A stretch of 64,000 nucleotides of DNA, from contig OY970192.1 in the NCBI GenBank assembly GCA_963708135.1, positions 2,688,001 to 2,752,000 on the forward strand, read 5' to 3'. Both the position numbers and the translations under genes were made by a program. The first letter of the stretch is position 1. The number at the start of each line of letters is the position of its first letter. This stretch comes from an uncultured Gemmatimonadales bacterium (GTDB taxonomy: Bacteria; Gemmatimonadota; Gemmatimonadetes; Longimicrobiales; RSA9). Positions 49,768 through 58,496 of this stretch are shown here, one piece after another. The notes beneath the pieces were generated by a model that worked only from the letters and a program-made list of their open reading frames with translations, was not told the DNA's origin and did not search any database.

Positions 49768-49986
49768 CCGAGAGTGGGAGAGTGGGCGAGCGGGGGAGTG
49801 GGAGCAGCGCCGGGCGAGGCAGCGTTCCGGCGGCTGACCTCGGCTCCGCTGGACGCCCGCGGCCGATCGCTCCGGGTTCCCGGCACCGCCAGCGGACGTG
49901 AACCGCCGCGAGCGAGGCCAGGCCCGGGACGCCCGGCCGCCGCAATCGCCGCCCGGTCTCCCCACTGCCCCGCTCTCCCGCTCCCG
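49768..49986. repeat. family C element, copy 3 (degenerate), between divergent ATPase and murB
   Basis: CCGAGAGTGGGAGAGTGGGCGAGCGGGGGAGTGGGAG left arm; TCTCCCCACTGCCCCGCTCTCCCGCTCCC right arm. Confidence 0.6.
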
Positions 49987-50116
49987 TTCTCGCACGGGTC
50001 CTGCGGGTGACGCCGACCGAGCCGCTCGATGGCCGGATCCTGTGGCCGGCGCTGCGCGAGCCGGCGCCCGCCGCGGACGCGCCGGCGCGCCCCTGAGCCC
50101 ACACGCAAGGAGCCCG

Positions 50117-51067
50117 ATGCCCGTCCCTTCCCCCGCCACCGTGCGCGCCCTCGCGGCGCGCTTGGGCGAGGACCGCCTCGAGCGGGATGTGCCGCTGGCG
50201 CCCTACACGACCTTCAGGATCGGCGGCCCGGCGGACCTCCTCTACCGCGCCCGCAGCGCCGACGAGCTGGCCGGCGCCGTGCTGGCGGCGCGCGAGCTCG
50301 AGGTGCCCCATTTCCTGCTGGGCAGCGGCGCCAACATCCTGGTCGGCGACCGCGGCTTCCGCGGCCTCGTGATCCGCAGCGAGGTCGGCGGCATCGAGTT
50401 CCTCGACGGCGACCGCGTGCGGGCGGGCGCCGGCGTGCAGATCTTCCACGACCTCATCGTCGCCACGGTCCGGCGCGGGCTGGGCGGGCTGCACCACTAC
50501 GTCGGCATCCCCAGTACGGTGGGCGGCGCCATCTGGCAGAACCTGCACTTCCTCTCGCCCCCGCCCGCGCGCGAGCGCACCGTCTTCATCGCGGAGGTGG
50601 TCGAGAGCTGCGCGCTGCTCACGGCCGGGGGCGAGCGCCGCACCGTGGACGCGGACTACCTCCGCTTCGGCTACGACACGAGCATTTTGCACGAGCGGCC
50701 GGACGTGGTGCTCGACGTCACGTTCCGGCTGGAGCCAGCGCCCGAGGCCGAGCTCCGCCACGTGATGCGCGAGAACCTGAAGTGGCGCGATGACAAGCAC
50801 CCCGACCTGTGGCTCTACCCCTGCGCCGGCTCGATCTTCCAGAAGATCGAGGGCGTGGGCGCCGGCCGGCTCATCGACCAGTGCGGCCTCAAGGGCCGCC
50901 TCCATGGCGGCGCGGAGATCTTCCACAAGCACGCCAACATCATCGTGAACCTCGGCGGCGCCACCGCAGGCGACGTCCGCGCCCTCATCGACCTCGCCCA
51001 GCGCACCGTCCGCGAGCAGCTCGGCTACGAGCTCACCCCCGAGATCGGCTTCATCGGCGAATTCTAG
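50117..51067 (+). CDS. murB: UDP-N-acetylenolpyruvoylglucosamine reductase
   Basis: YTTFRIGGPA, GSGANIL, GIPSTVGGA, CAGSIF, KHANIIVN. Confidence 0.92.
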   Translation: MPVPSPATVRALAARLGEDRLERDVPLAPYTTFRIGGPADLLYRARSADELAGAVLAARELEVPHFLLGSGANILVGDRGFRGLVIRSEVGGIEFLDGDRVRAGAGVQIFHDLIVATVRRGLGGLHHYVGIPSTVGGAIWQNLHFLSPPPARERTVFIAEVVESCALLTAGGERRTVDADYLRFGYDTSILHERPDVVLDVTFRLEPAPEAELRHVMRENLKWRDDKHPDLWLYPCAGSIFQKIEGVGAGRLIDQCGLKGRLHGGAEIFHKHANIIVNLGGATAGDVRALIDLAQRTVREQLGYELTPEIGFIGEF

Positions 51068-51074
51068 GATCATT

Positions 51075-51369
51075 TCACGCGGAGCCGCAGAGGCGCGCGG
51101 AGGCGCGGGAGATGCAGGCCTGCTCGCCCGCCGATCGCGCCGGGATGAGCAAGCGACATTTTCATTTGCCACGCTCCCGCCCCTGTCGGAATCTGATCGA
51201 GCGGTTTCCGCTTCGGGTGTCGAGGGGGCCGGCCGGTGACCATTCGCGGGGTGGGTGGCGGTCGGGAAAACAGGGCATGGAAGCATCGGCCGCGTGGCCG
51301 CTTCCACGGGCAGGCTCGCTTCCGCCGCCGCGAACCTCCGCGGCTCCGCTCCTCTGCGCCTCCGCGTGA
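51075..51369. repeat. intergenic element bounded by inverted GCGGAG/GCAGAG repeat arms (family D)
   Basis: TCACGCGGAGCCGCAGAGGCGCGCGGAG (51075-) versus CTCCGCGGCTCCGCTCCTCTGCGCCTCCGCGTGA (-51369). Confidence 0.65.
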
Positions 51370-51484
51370 GACAGGCACGCCGCTGAGCCGAGGCCCGCGA
51401 GAGAGAGGCGCGCAGGGAACGCACTCCGCGCCCTCCTGAGTTCCAGAGGGGGAGCGCTCTCACCCGTTACGAAAGGGAGGACCC

Positions 51485-52462
51485 ATGCCTCGCGGACGCA
51501 TCTACGACGACATGACCGCCACCATCGGGGACACACCCCTCATCCGGCTGAACCGGCTCGGCGCAGGGCTGCCGGCGAGGGTCGCCGTGAAGCACGAGGG
51601 CTTCAACCCCTACAGCTCGGTGAAGGACCGCATCGGCACGGCCATGCTCGACGACGCCATCGAGCGCGGCGCGCTGCGGCCGGGAATGGTCATCGTCGAG
51701 CCGACCAGCGGCAACACGGGGATCGGGCTGGCGTTCGCCGCCGTGGCGCGCGGCTACGCCACCATCCTCACCATGCCGGACAGCATGACGCTGGAGCGGC
51801 GGGCGCTGCTGCGCGCCCTCGGCTGCACGCTCGTTCTGACGGAGGGGGCGAAGGGGATGAAGGGCGCGATCAACCGCGCCCAGGAGATCCTGGAGGCGCT
51901 CGGCGAGAACGGCTGGATGCCGGGGCAGTTCTCCAACCCCGCCAACCCCGCCATCCACTACCGGACCACGGGCCCCGAGATCTGGGCGGACACCGACGGC
52001 GCCGTGGACATCTTCGTGGCGGGGATCGGGACGGGCGGGACGATCACCGGCGCGGGACGGTTCCTGAAGGAGAAGAAGCCGTCCATCCACGTCGTGGCGG
52101 TCGAGCCGGCCGAGAGCCCCGTCCTTTCCGGCGGCGAGCCGGGCTCCCACAAGCAGCAGGGCATCGGCGCCGGCTTCATCCCGCAGGTGCTCGACACCGC
52201 CATCTACGACGAGGTCATCCGCGTCACCAACGACGACGCCTTCCACACCACCCGGCGCCTCGCCCGCGAGGAGGCGATCTTCGCCGGCATCTCCTCCGGC
52301 TCCATCACGTGGGCCGCGCTGCAGGTGGCCGCCCGGCCGGAGAACGAGGGCAAGCTGATCGTCAGCGTGATCTGCGACTTCGGCGAGCGTTACCTGTCCA
52401 ACCCCGTCTACGCCGACTTCCCCGCCCCGGAGCCGCCCGCCGAGGTCATGGCGCTGATCTAG
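51485..52462 (+). CDS. cysK: cysteine synthase A
   Basis: SVKDRIG PLP lysine, [26 protein letters not shown]. Confidence 0.93.
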   Translation: MPRGRIYDDMTATIGDTPLIRLNRLGAGLPARVAVKHEGFNPYSSVKDRIGTAMLDDAIERGALRPGMVIVEPTSGNTGIGLAFAAVARGYATILTMPDSMTLERRALLRALGCTLVLTEGAKGMKGAINRAQEILEALGENGWMPGQFSNPANPAIHYRTTGPEIWADTDGAVDIFVAGIGTGGTITGAGRFLKEKKPSIHVVAVEPAESPVLSGGEPGSHKQQGIGAGFIPQVLDTAIYDEVIRVTNDDAFHTTRRLAREEAIFAGISSGSITWAALQVAARPENEGKLIVSVICDFGERYLSNPVYADFPAPEPPAEVMALI

Positions 52463-52550
52463 GCCGCGCGCGTCGCATCGCCGGCCGGGGCGGCGGAGGT
52501 GGCGGGGAGCGAGGCGTCCGGCCCCTCGAGGGCCGCGGCGGGCCGGCCTC

Positions 52551-53210
52551 TCAGGAGGCCAGCCGCTCCAGCGTCTCGCGGTGCACGACGTGGCCGCCGG
52601 GATGGATGACCAGCTCGGCGTCGATGCCGGCGGCGGAGAGGCGGTCGCGCGCGGCGGCGGCCGTGGCGGGGCTGAAGGAGCCATCGCGCTCGCCGGCCAC
52701 GATGCGGATTCGGGTGCCGCGCCACGCGGCCGCGGCGGCGGACAGGTCGAGGTCCGAGGGCGGGTCGGCGCCCCACAGGATGAGCCGGGCGGGGCGGGTG
52801 CTGCCGAGGGCGGTCCAGCGGCAGGCCGTGTGCACGCCCTGCGAGTAGCCCAGCACGGTCAGGCGGGGCGCGGCGGCGTAGCGCGAAAAGAGCTGATCAC
52901 GGAGGCGGTCCAGGTAGCGGACGTAGTCCTGGATCTCGGTCAGGCGGTCCTCGCGCGTCATCCAGGTGGCCCCCACGCGGGTGTTCGGGCCGTGGGCGCC
53001 GGACGGATCGCCGACGTAGTAGCGGTTCAGCGCCTCCGGCGCGACGACGAGGCGGCTGCCGTCGTCGAGGCCCTCGAACCCGCGGATGAAGGAGCGGGCG
53101 AGCTGGGCGTAGCCGTGCAGGACGAACCACGCCTGCCTCGGCGCCGCCAGCCCCTCGCCCAGGGTGACGTAGCGGGCCGTGCGCGTGACCTCGAGGTGAT
53201 GCTCCTGCAT
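52551..53210 (-). CDS. phospholipase/carboxylesterase (alpha/beta hydrolase)
   Basis: LHGY, GYSQG nucleophile, GERD, GGH. Confidence 0.85.
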   Translation of the reverse strand: MQEHHLEVTRTARYVTLGEGLAAPRQAWFVLHGYAQLARSFIRGFEGLDDGSRLVVAPEALNRYYVGDPSGAHGPNTRVGATWMTREDRLTEIQDYVRYLDRLRDQLFSRYAAAPRLTVLGYSQGVHTACRWTALGSTRPARLILWGADPPSDLDLSAAAAAWRGTRIRIVAGERDGSFSPATAAAARDRLSAAGIDAELVIHPGGHVVHRETLERLAS

Positions 53211-53303
53211 GGAGTCGCTTCCGGGTCGGGGGAGCCTGGACACGTGGATCCCGGCGCGAGCCGCGCGGGAGGCTCGCGGCGGGACGTGCGGCGGGAGCGT
53301 CGC

Positions 53304-55754
53304 CTACTCGGCCCTGAGCACCCGCGCCGGGTCGAGGCGGCTGGCCCGCCGTGCGGGAAGGTACGATGCCAGGAGCCCTACCGCCAAGAGCAGCAGCGGC
53401 ACGGCCACGAAGGTCACCGGGTCGAAGGCGCTCACGCCGAAGAGGAACGAGCGCATCACGCCCGCCCCGGCCAGGCCCAGGAGCAGGCCCGCCCCGGCTC
53501 CCACCGCCACCAGCCCGACGCCGTGGCGCATGAGCAGCAGGATCACGCCACCCGGCTCCGCGCCCACCGACATGCGGATCGCCACCTCGCGCGTGCGACG
53601 CGAGACGGAGTAGCGCACCACGCCCCACACGCCGATCACCGCCAGCAGCAGCGCGAGCAGAGAGAAGGCGCCGACCACGACCGCGGCCAGCTGCGCCGGC
53701 AGGATCAGCGAGGCCAGGAAGCGGCGCACGGTCATCGCGCGGAACACGGGGAGATCGCGGTCCATGCCGTGGACCGTGGCGAGGGCACGCGCGACCAACG
53801 GCGCCGCGCCGGCGCGCGTGCGGACGATGAAGCTGGGCATGTCGACCGCGTTCTGCGCCGCGGCCAGGAACATGTACGACCGCGGCGACTCGCCCAGCGA
53901 GCGGACCTTCACGTCGCGGGCCACGCCGATGACGTGCAGGACGGTCGTGTCCGTGCGGAAGACCTGGCCGATCGCGTCCTGCCCCGGCCAGAAGCGCCGC
54001 GCCATCGCCTCGGTGATCACGGCGACGCGGGGGGCACCGGCCACGTCGCCCGGCCCGAAGTTCCGGCCGCGCAGGATCGGGATCCCCGCCGCCGCCAGGT
54101 ATCCCGTGTCCACGGCGGCGTAGTAGGTGTCGAAGCCCCTCTCGCCGGGCGGCGGCTCGGTGCCGGGCACGTTGATGCGGCGCGAGGAGCTGTTCACCGG
54201 GTCGAGCAGCACGTTGCTGGTGTAGCCCACGGCCTCCACGCCGGGCAACGCCGCCAGGGCGGCGGTGGCCTGGCGCATGAGCGCCGCCGCCTTCTGCCCG
54301 GGGTAGCGGTCCGCGGGCACCATGACCGTGACCAGCGCGGCCGGCTGCTCGCCCCAGCCGGGGTCCGCCGAGCGGTACGCCAGCAGCGAGCGCAGGAACA
54401 GCCCCGCGGCGATGAGCAGCAACAGCGACACCGCGACCTGCCCCACCACCAGCGCGTTGCGCGCGGTCAGCCGGCGCGCGGGGCCGCCGCCGGTGTTCTC
54501 GTTCTTGATGGTGTTGACCACTCCCGGCCGCGTGGCCTGCAGCGCCGGCGCCAGCCCGAAGAGGATCCCGGAGAGAGCGGAGGCCAGGATCGCGAAGGCC
54601 GCGATCCGGCCATCCATCGGCACGTCCAGCCGGATGGGCAGCGGCAGCGGCAGGTCCGCATGCAGCAGCCAGTCGAGCAGGAAGCGCGCGAGCAGCACGC
54701 CCCCCACTCCGCCGAGGGCGGCCAGCGCCAGTGTCTCGGTCAGGAGCTGCCGGACGATGGCGCCGCGGCTCGCGCCCAGCGCCAGCCGGATCGCGATCTC
54801 CCGTTGCCGGTCCCGCGCCTGCGCGAGCAGGAAGCTGGCCAGGTTCGCGCAGGCGATCAGCAACACGAGCCCCACCAGCGCCATGATCAGCGCCGAGGCC
54901 GGGACCACCACCCGGTCGAGCATCGGGTTCACCGCCACGTCCGTCTGCGGCACGATCGAGACCGTGCGGCTGGCGCTCCACTCGCCCGGGTGGCGCTGTC
55001 GCTCCGTGCGCTGGAAGTTCTCCGCCACCGCCCGGAAGCGAGCCATGCTCACGCCGGGCACGAGCCGCCCCTTCATGAATCCGCTGTGGTTGCCGCGCTC
55101 CTTCAGCTGGTCGTCCGGCGCCGGCTCGAGCTGGTTCACCATCTGGATCGGCGCGAAGAGCGCCGGCATCACCCCCCGGATCGCCCCGACATAGGACTGC
55201 GGCGCCACGCCCACGACCGTATAGGACCGCCCCGACAGCCGGATCTGCGTGCCCACCACGTCCGGCGCGCCGCCGAAGCCCTCCTGCCAGTAGTCGTAGG
55301 TGAGCACGATCACCGGACTCGCGCCCTGCGCCACATCGTCGGCGGGGCCCAGCAGCCGCCCCAGCCGGGCCTTCAGGCCGAGCAGCGGGAAATAGTCGCC
55401 GTTCACCATCTCGAGCGGCAGCGTGACCGCGCGGTCGCCGAGGTCGCGCGACACCACGCCGAGCTCGGTTATGGAGACCTGCGAGAGGACCCCCTGCGTC
55501 GCCTGCCGCAGATCCTGGTACTCCGGGTAGGAGAACGGCGTGTACGGAAAGTCCGGTGTGCTCGAGGCGATGTCCACCACCCGCTCCGGGTGCGGGATCG
55601 GCGCCTTCCGCAGGATGACCGCATCGACCAGGCTGAAGATCGCCGTGTTCGCGCCGATCCCCAGCGTCAGCGAGAGGACGGCGATCAGCGCGAACCCCGG
55701 GCTCTTCTTCAGCCGGCGCAGCGCGAAGCGGATGTCGCGGTTGATGGCTCCCAT
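53304..55754 (-). CDS. ADOP-family duplicated MacB/FtsX permease
   Basis: DIRFALRRL.KSPGF, LGIGANTAIFS, LLIACANLA, RTREVAIR, ARRASRLDP. Confidence 0.9.
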   Translation of the reverse strand: MGAINRDIRFALRRLKKSPGFALIAVLSLTLGIGANTAIFSLVDAVILRKAPIPHPERVVDIASSTPDFPYTPFSYPEYQDLRQATQGVLSQVSITELGVVSRDLGDRAVTLPLEMVNGDYFPLLGLKARLGRLLGPADDVAQGASPVIVLTYDYWQEGFGGAPDVVGTQIRLSGRSYTVVGVAPQSYVGAIRGVMPALFAPIQMVNQLEPAPDDQLKERGNHSGFMKGRLVPGVSMARFRAVAENFQRTERQRHPGEWSASRTVSIVPQTDVAVNPMLDRVVVPASALIMALVGLVLLIACANLASFLLAQARDRQREIAIRLALGASRGAIVRQLLTETLALAALGGVGGVLLARFLLDWLLHADLPLPLPIRLDVPMDGRIAAFAILASALSGILFGLAPALQATRPGVVNTIKNENTGGGPARRLTARNALVVGQVAVSLLLLIAAGLFLRSLLAYRSADPGWGEQPAALVTVMVPADRYPGQKAAALMRQATAALAALPGVEAVGYTSNVLLDPVNSSSRRINVPGTEPPPGERGFDTYYAAVDTGYLAAAGIPILRGRNFGPGDVAGAPRVAVITEAMARRFWPGQDAIGQVFRTDTTVLHVIGVARDVKVRSLGESPRSYMFLAAAQNAVDMPSFIVRTRAGAAPLVARALATVHGMDRDLPVFRAMTVRRFLASLILPAQLAAVVVGAFSLLALLLAVIGVWGVVRYSVSRRTREVAIRMSVGAEPGGVILLLMRHGVGLVAVGAGAGLLLGLAGAGVMRSFLFGVSAFDPVTFVAVPLLLLAVGLLASYLPARRASRLDPARVLRAE

Positions 55755-55782
55755 GACGCTCGATTCCCCTCGAGGGAGCGCG

Positions 55783-58236
55783 CTACTCGGCGCGCAGCAC
55801 GCGCGCCGGGTCCAGCCGGCTGGCCCGCCGCGCCGGCAGATAGGACGCGGCCACGCCGACAGCCATGAGCAGCAGCGGTACGGCCACGAACGTCAGCGGA
55901 TCGAAGGCGCTCACGCCGAAGAGGAACGAGCGCAGTACCGTCGCGCCGGCCAGCCCGAGCAGCAGCCCCAGCACCGCGCCGACGCCGACCAGTCCCACAC
56001 CATGGCGCATGAGCAGCAGGATCACGCCGGCCGGCTTCGCCCCCATCGACATCCGGATCGCGACCTCGCGCGTCCGACGGGACACGGCGTAGCGGACGAC
56101 GCCCCAGATGCCGATCACGGCAAGGACGAGCGCGAGCAGCGCGAACGCGCCGATCACGAGCGCCGCGAGCTGCGCGGGCAGGATGAGGGAGGCCAGGAAG
56201 CGGCGTACCGTCATGGCTCGGAAGATCGGGACGTCCCGGTCGGCGTCGTGCACCGTGGCCAGCGCGCGGCCGACCAGGGGCGCCGCGTCGCCACGGGTGG
56301 ACACGAGGAAGGTGAGCGAGCCGACCGACTCCTGTGCCGCGGCGAGGAACATGTACGGCTGCGGCGCCTCGCCCAGCGTGCGAACCTTCACGTCGCGGGT
56401 CACGCCGATGACGTGCACGGCGCTGGTGTCCATCCGGAAGACCCGGCCGACGGGATCCTGTCCCGGCCAGAAGCGCCGCGCCATGGCTTGCGTGATCACG
56501 GCGACTCGGGGCGCGCCTGCCACGTCTCCCGCACCGAAGCCGCGACCGCGCAGGACCGGGATCCCCGCCACGGCCAGGTAGCCGCTGTCCACCTCCGCGT
56601 CGAAGATGGAGAAGCCGGTCTCCCCGCGCGGCGGCTCGCGGCCGGGTACGGTGATCATGCGCTGGCCACTGCTCATGGGATCCAGCGGAATCTGCGAGGC
56701 GTAGCCGACCGCTCCCACGCCGGGCAGCACGCGCAGCTCATCGCGCAGTCGATCGGCGAAGGCAAGACCGCGGGCTGCCGGGTATCGGTCCGCCGGGATC
56801 ATGAGCGTGACCATGGCGGTCGGTCGGGAGCCCCAGCCGGGATCGGCCGACTGCCATGCCAGGAGCGAGCGGAGGAACAGTCCCGCCGCGATCAGCAGGA
56901 CCAGCGAGACCGCGACCTGTCCCACGACCAGCGCGTTGCGCACCGTCAGCCAGCGCGCGGGACCGCCGCCCGTGTTCTCGTTCTTGATTGCATCGATCAC
57001 GCCGGGCCGCGTGGCCTGCAGCGCGGGGGCCAGGCCGAAGAGAACGCCCGACACCGCGGACGCGGCGATCGCGAACGCCACGATTCGGCCATCCATCGGC
57101 ACGTCGAGGTGGAACGGCAGCGGGAACGGCAGGTCCGCGTGCAGCAGCCAGTCGAGCAGGAAGCGCGCGAGCAGCACGCCCGCCACGCCGCCGAGCCCCG
57201 CCAGCGCCAGCGTCTCGGTGAGGAGCTGCCGGACGATGGCGCCGCGGCCCGCGCCCAGCGCCAGCCGGATGGCAATCTCCCGCTGCCGGTCCCGCGCCTG
57301 CGCCAGAAGGAAGCTGGCCAGGTTCGCGCACGCGATCAGCAGCACCAGCCCCACCAGCACCATGATCAGCGCGGCGGCCGGCACCACCACCCGGTCGATC
57401 AGCGGGTTGACCGCCACCGAGCTCAGCGGAACGAGGTCGATCCGGCGGCTCGCCGGCCAGAAGGACGGGTGGTCCTTCTGCTCCATGCGCTCGAACGAGG
57501 CCGCGGCCACGCGCGCCCGCGCCATCCCCACCGCCGGCGCCAGCCGGGCCTTCACGAAGCCGTCGTGGTCGTCCCGTGCCTTCAACTCGTCGTAGGGTGA
57601 AGGCTGCAACGCGTTCGTCATCTGGATCGAGGCGTAGAGCATCGGCATCATGCCGCGGATCGTCCCCGTATACGACTGCGGCGCCACGCCCACGATCGTG
57701 TAGAGCCGCCCCGACAGCCGGATCTGCTTGCCGACCACGTCGCTCGCGCCGCCGAAGGAGTCCTGCCAGTAGTCGTACGACAGCACCACCACGGGACTCG
57801 CCCCCTCCGCCGCGTCGTCGTCCGGGCCCAGCAGCCGTCCCAGCCGAGGGCGCAACCCCAGCAGCGGAAAGTAGTCCCCGTTGACCATCTCCACCGGCAA
57901 CGTCGCGGCGCGATCCGCCAGGTCCCGCGGCACCATGCCGAACTGCGTGTAGGAGATGCGAGCAAACACACCCTGCGTCGCCTGCCGCAGCTCAGTGTAC
58001 TCGGGGTAGGAAAACGGGAAGTAGGCGTAGTCCTGCGTGCTGGTAGAAACATCGACCACCCGCTGCGGCTGCGGGATCGGCGCCTTCCGCAGGATGATCG
58101 CGTCCACCAGACTGAAGATGGCCGTGTTCGCCCCGATCCCCAGGGCCAGCGAGGCCACGGCGATCAGCGCGAAGCCCGGGCTCTTCCTCAGCCGGCGCAG
58201 CGCGAAGCGGATGTCCCGGACGATGGCTTCGATCAC
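55783..58236 (-). CDS. ADOP-family duplicated MacB/FtsX permease (tandem paralog)
   Basis: Same motifs; collinear with and highly similar to 53304..55754. Confidence 0.9.
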   Translation of the reverse strand: MIEAIVRDIRFALRRLRKSPGFALIAVASLALGIGANTAIFSLVDAIILRKAPIPQPQRVVDVSTSTQDYAYFPFSYPEYTELRQATQGVFARISYTQFGMVPRDLADRAATLPVEMVNGDYFPLLGLRPRLGRLLGPDDDAAEGASPVVVLSYDYWQDSFGGASDVVGKQIRLSGRLYTIVGVAPQSYTGTIRGMMPMLYASIQMTNALQPSPYDELKARDDHDGFVKARLAPAVGMARARVAAASFERMEQKDHPSFWPASRRIDLVPLSSVAVNPLIDRVVVPAAALIMVLVGLVLLIACANLASFLLAQARDRQREIAIRLALGAGRGAIVRQLLTETLALAGLGGVAGVLLARFLLDWLLHADLPFPLPFHLDVPMDGRIVAFAIAASAVSGVLFGLAPALQATRPGVIDAIKNENTGGGPARWLTVRNALVVGQVAVSLVLLIAAGLFLRSLLAWQSADPGWGSRPTAMVTLMIPADRYPAARGLAFADRLRDELRVLPGVGAVGYASQIPLDPMSSGQRMITVPGREPPRGETGFSIFDAEVDSGYLAVAGIPVLRGRGFGAGDVAGAPRVAVITQAMARRFWPGQDPVGRVFRMDTSAVHVIGVTRDVKVRTLGEAPQPYMFLAAAQESVGSLTFLVSTRGDAAPLVGRALATVHDADRDVPIFRAMTVRRFLASLILPAQLAALVIGAFALLALVLAVIGIWGVVRYAVSRRTREVAIRMSMGAKPAGVILLLMRHGVGLVGVGAVLGLLLGLAGATVLRSFLFGVSAFDPLTFVAVPLLLMAVGVAASYLPARRASRLDPARVLRAE

Positions 58237-58327
58237 GGCTTCCTCCGCCGCGTCGTGCGATGCGGTCTCCCGTCGGGCGGGTCACCGTACGCGCGAGTGG
58301 ATACACGAGTTTCCAGGGGTCTTGCCC

Positions 58328-58342
58328 GCAATCCAATGGCCA
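58328..58342 (-). promoter_or_regulatory. possible sigma-54 promoter upstream of the ADOP pair
   Basis: Minus strand TGGCCATTGGATTGC (GG-N10-GC), ~90 bp upstream of the start; an overlapping TGGCACGCAGCTGGC is an alternative. Confidence 0.3.
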
Positions 58343-58496
58343 GCTGCGTGCCAGGAGTCAACTCCATGCGACGCTTGAGCTTCCACGTCCATCGCCGGGA
58401 GCACGGCGTCCGGCGGCGGACAGCGGCGTCCCGGTTCCGGTACGGCAGCATCCGGCGCGGTGTCGGCGGGCAGGTGGGCCTGCTCCCGGCAGAGTC

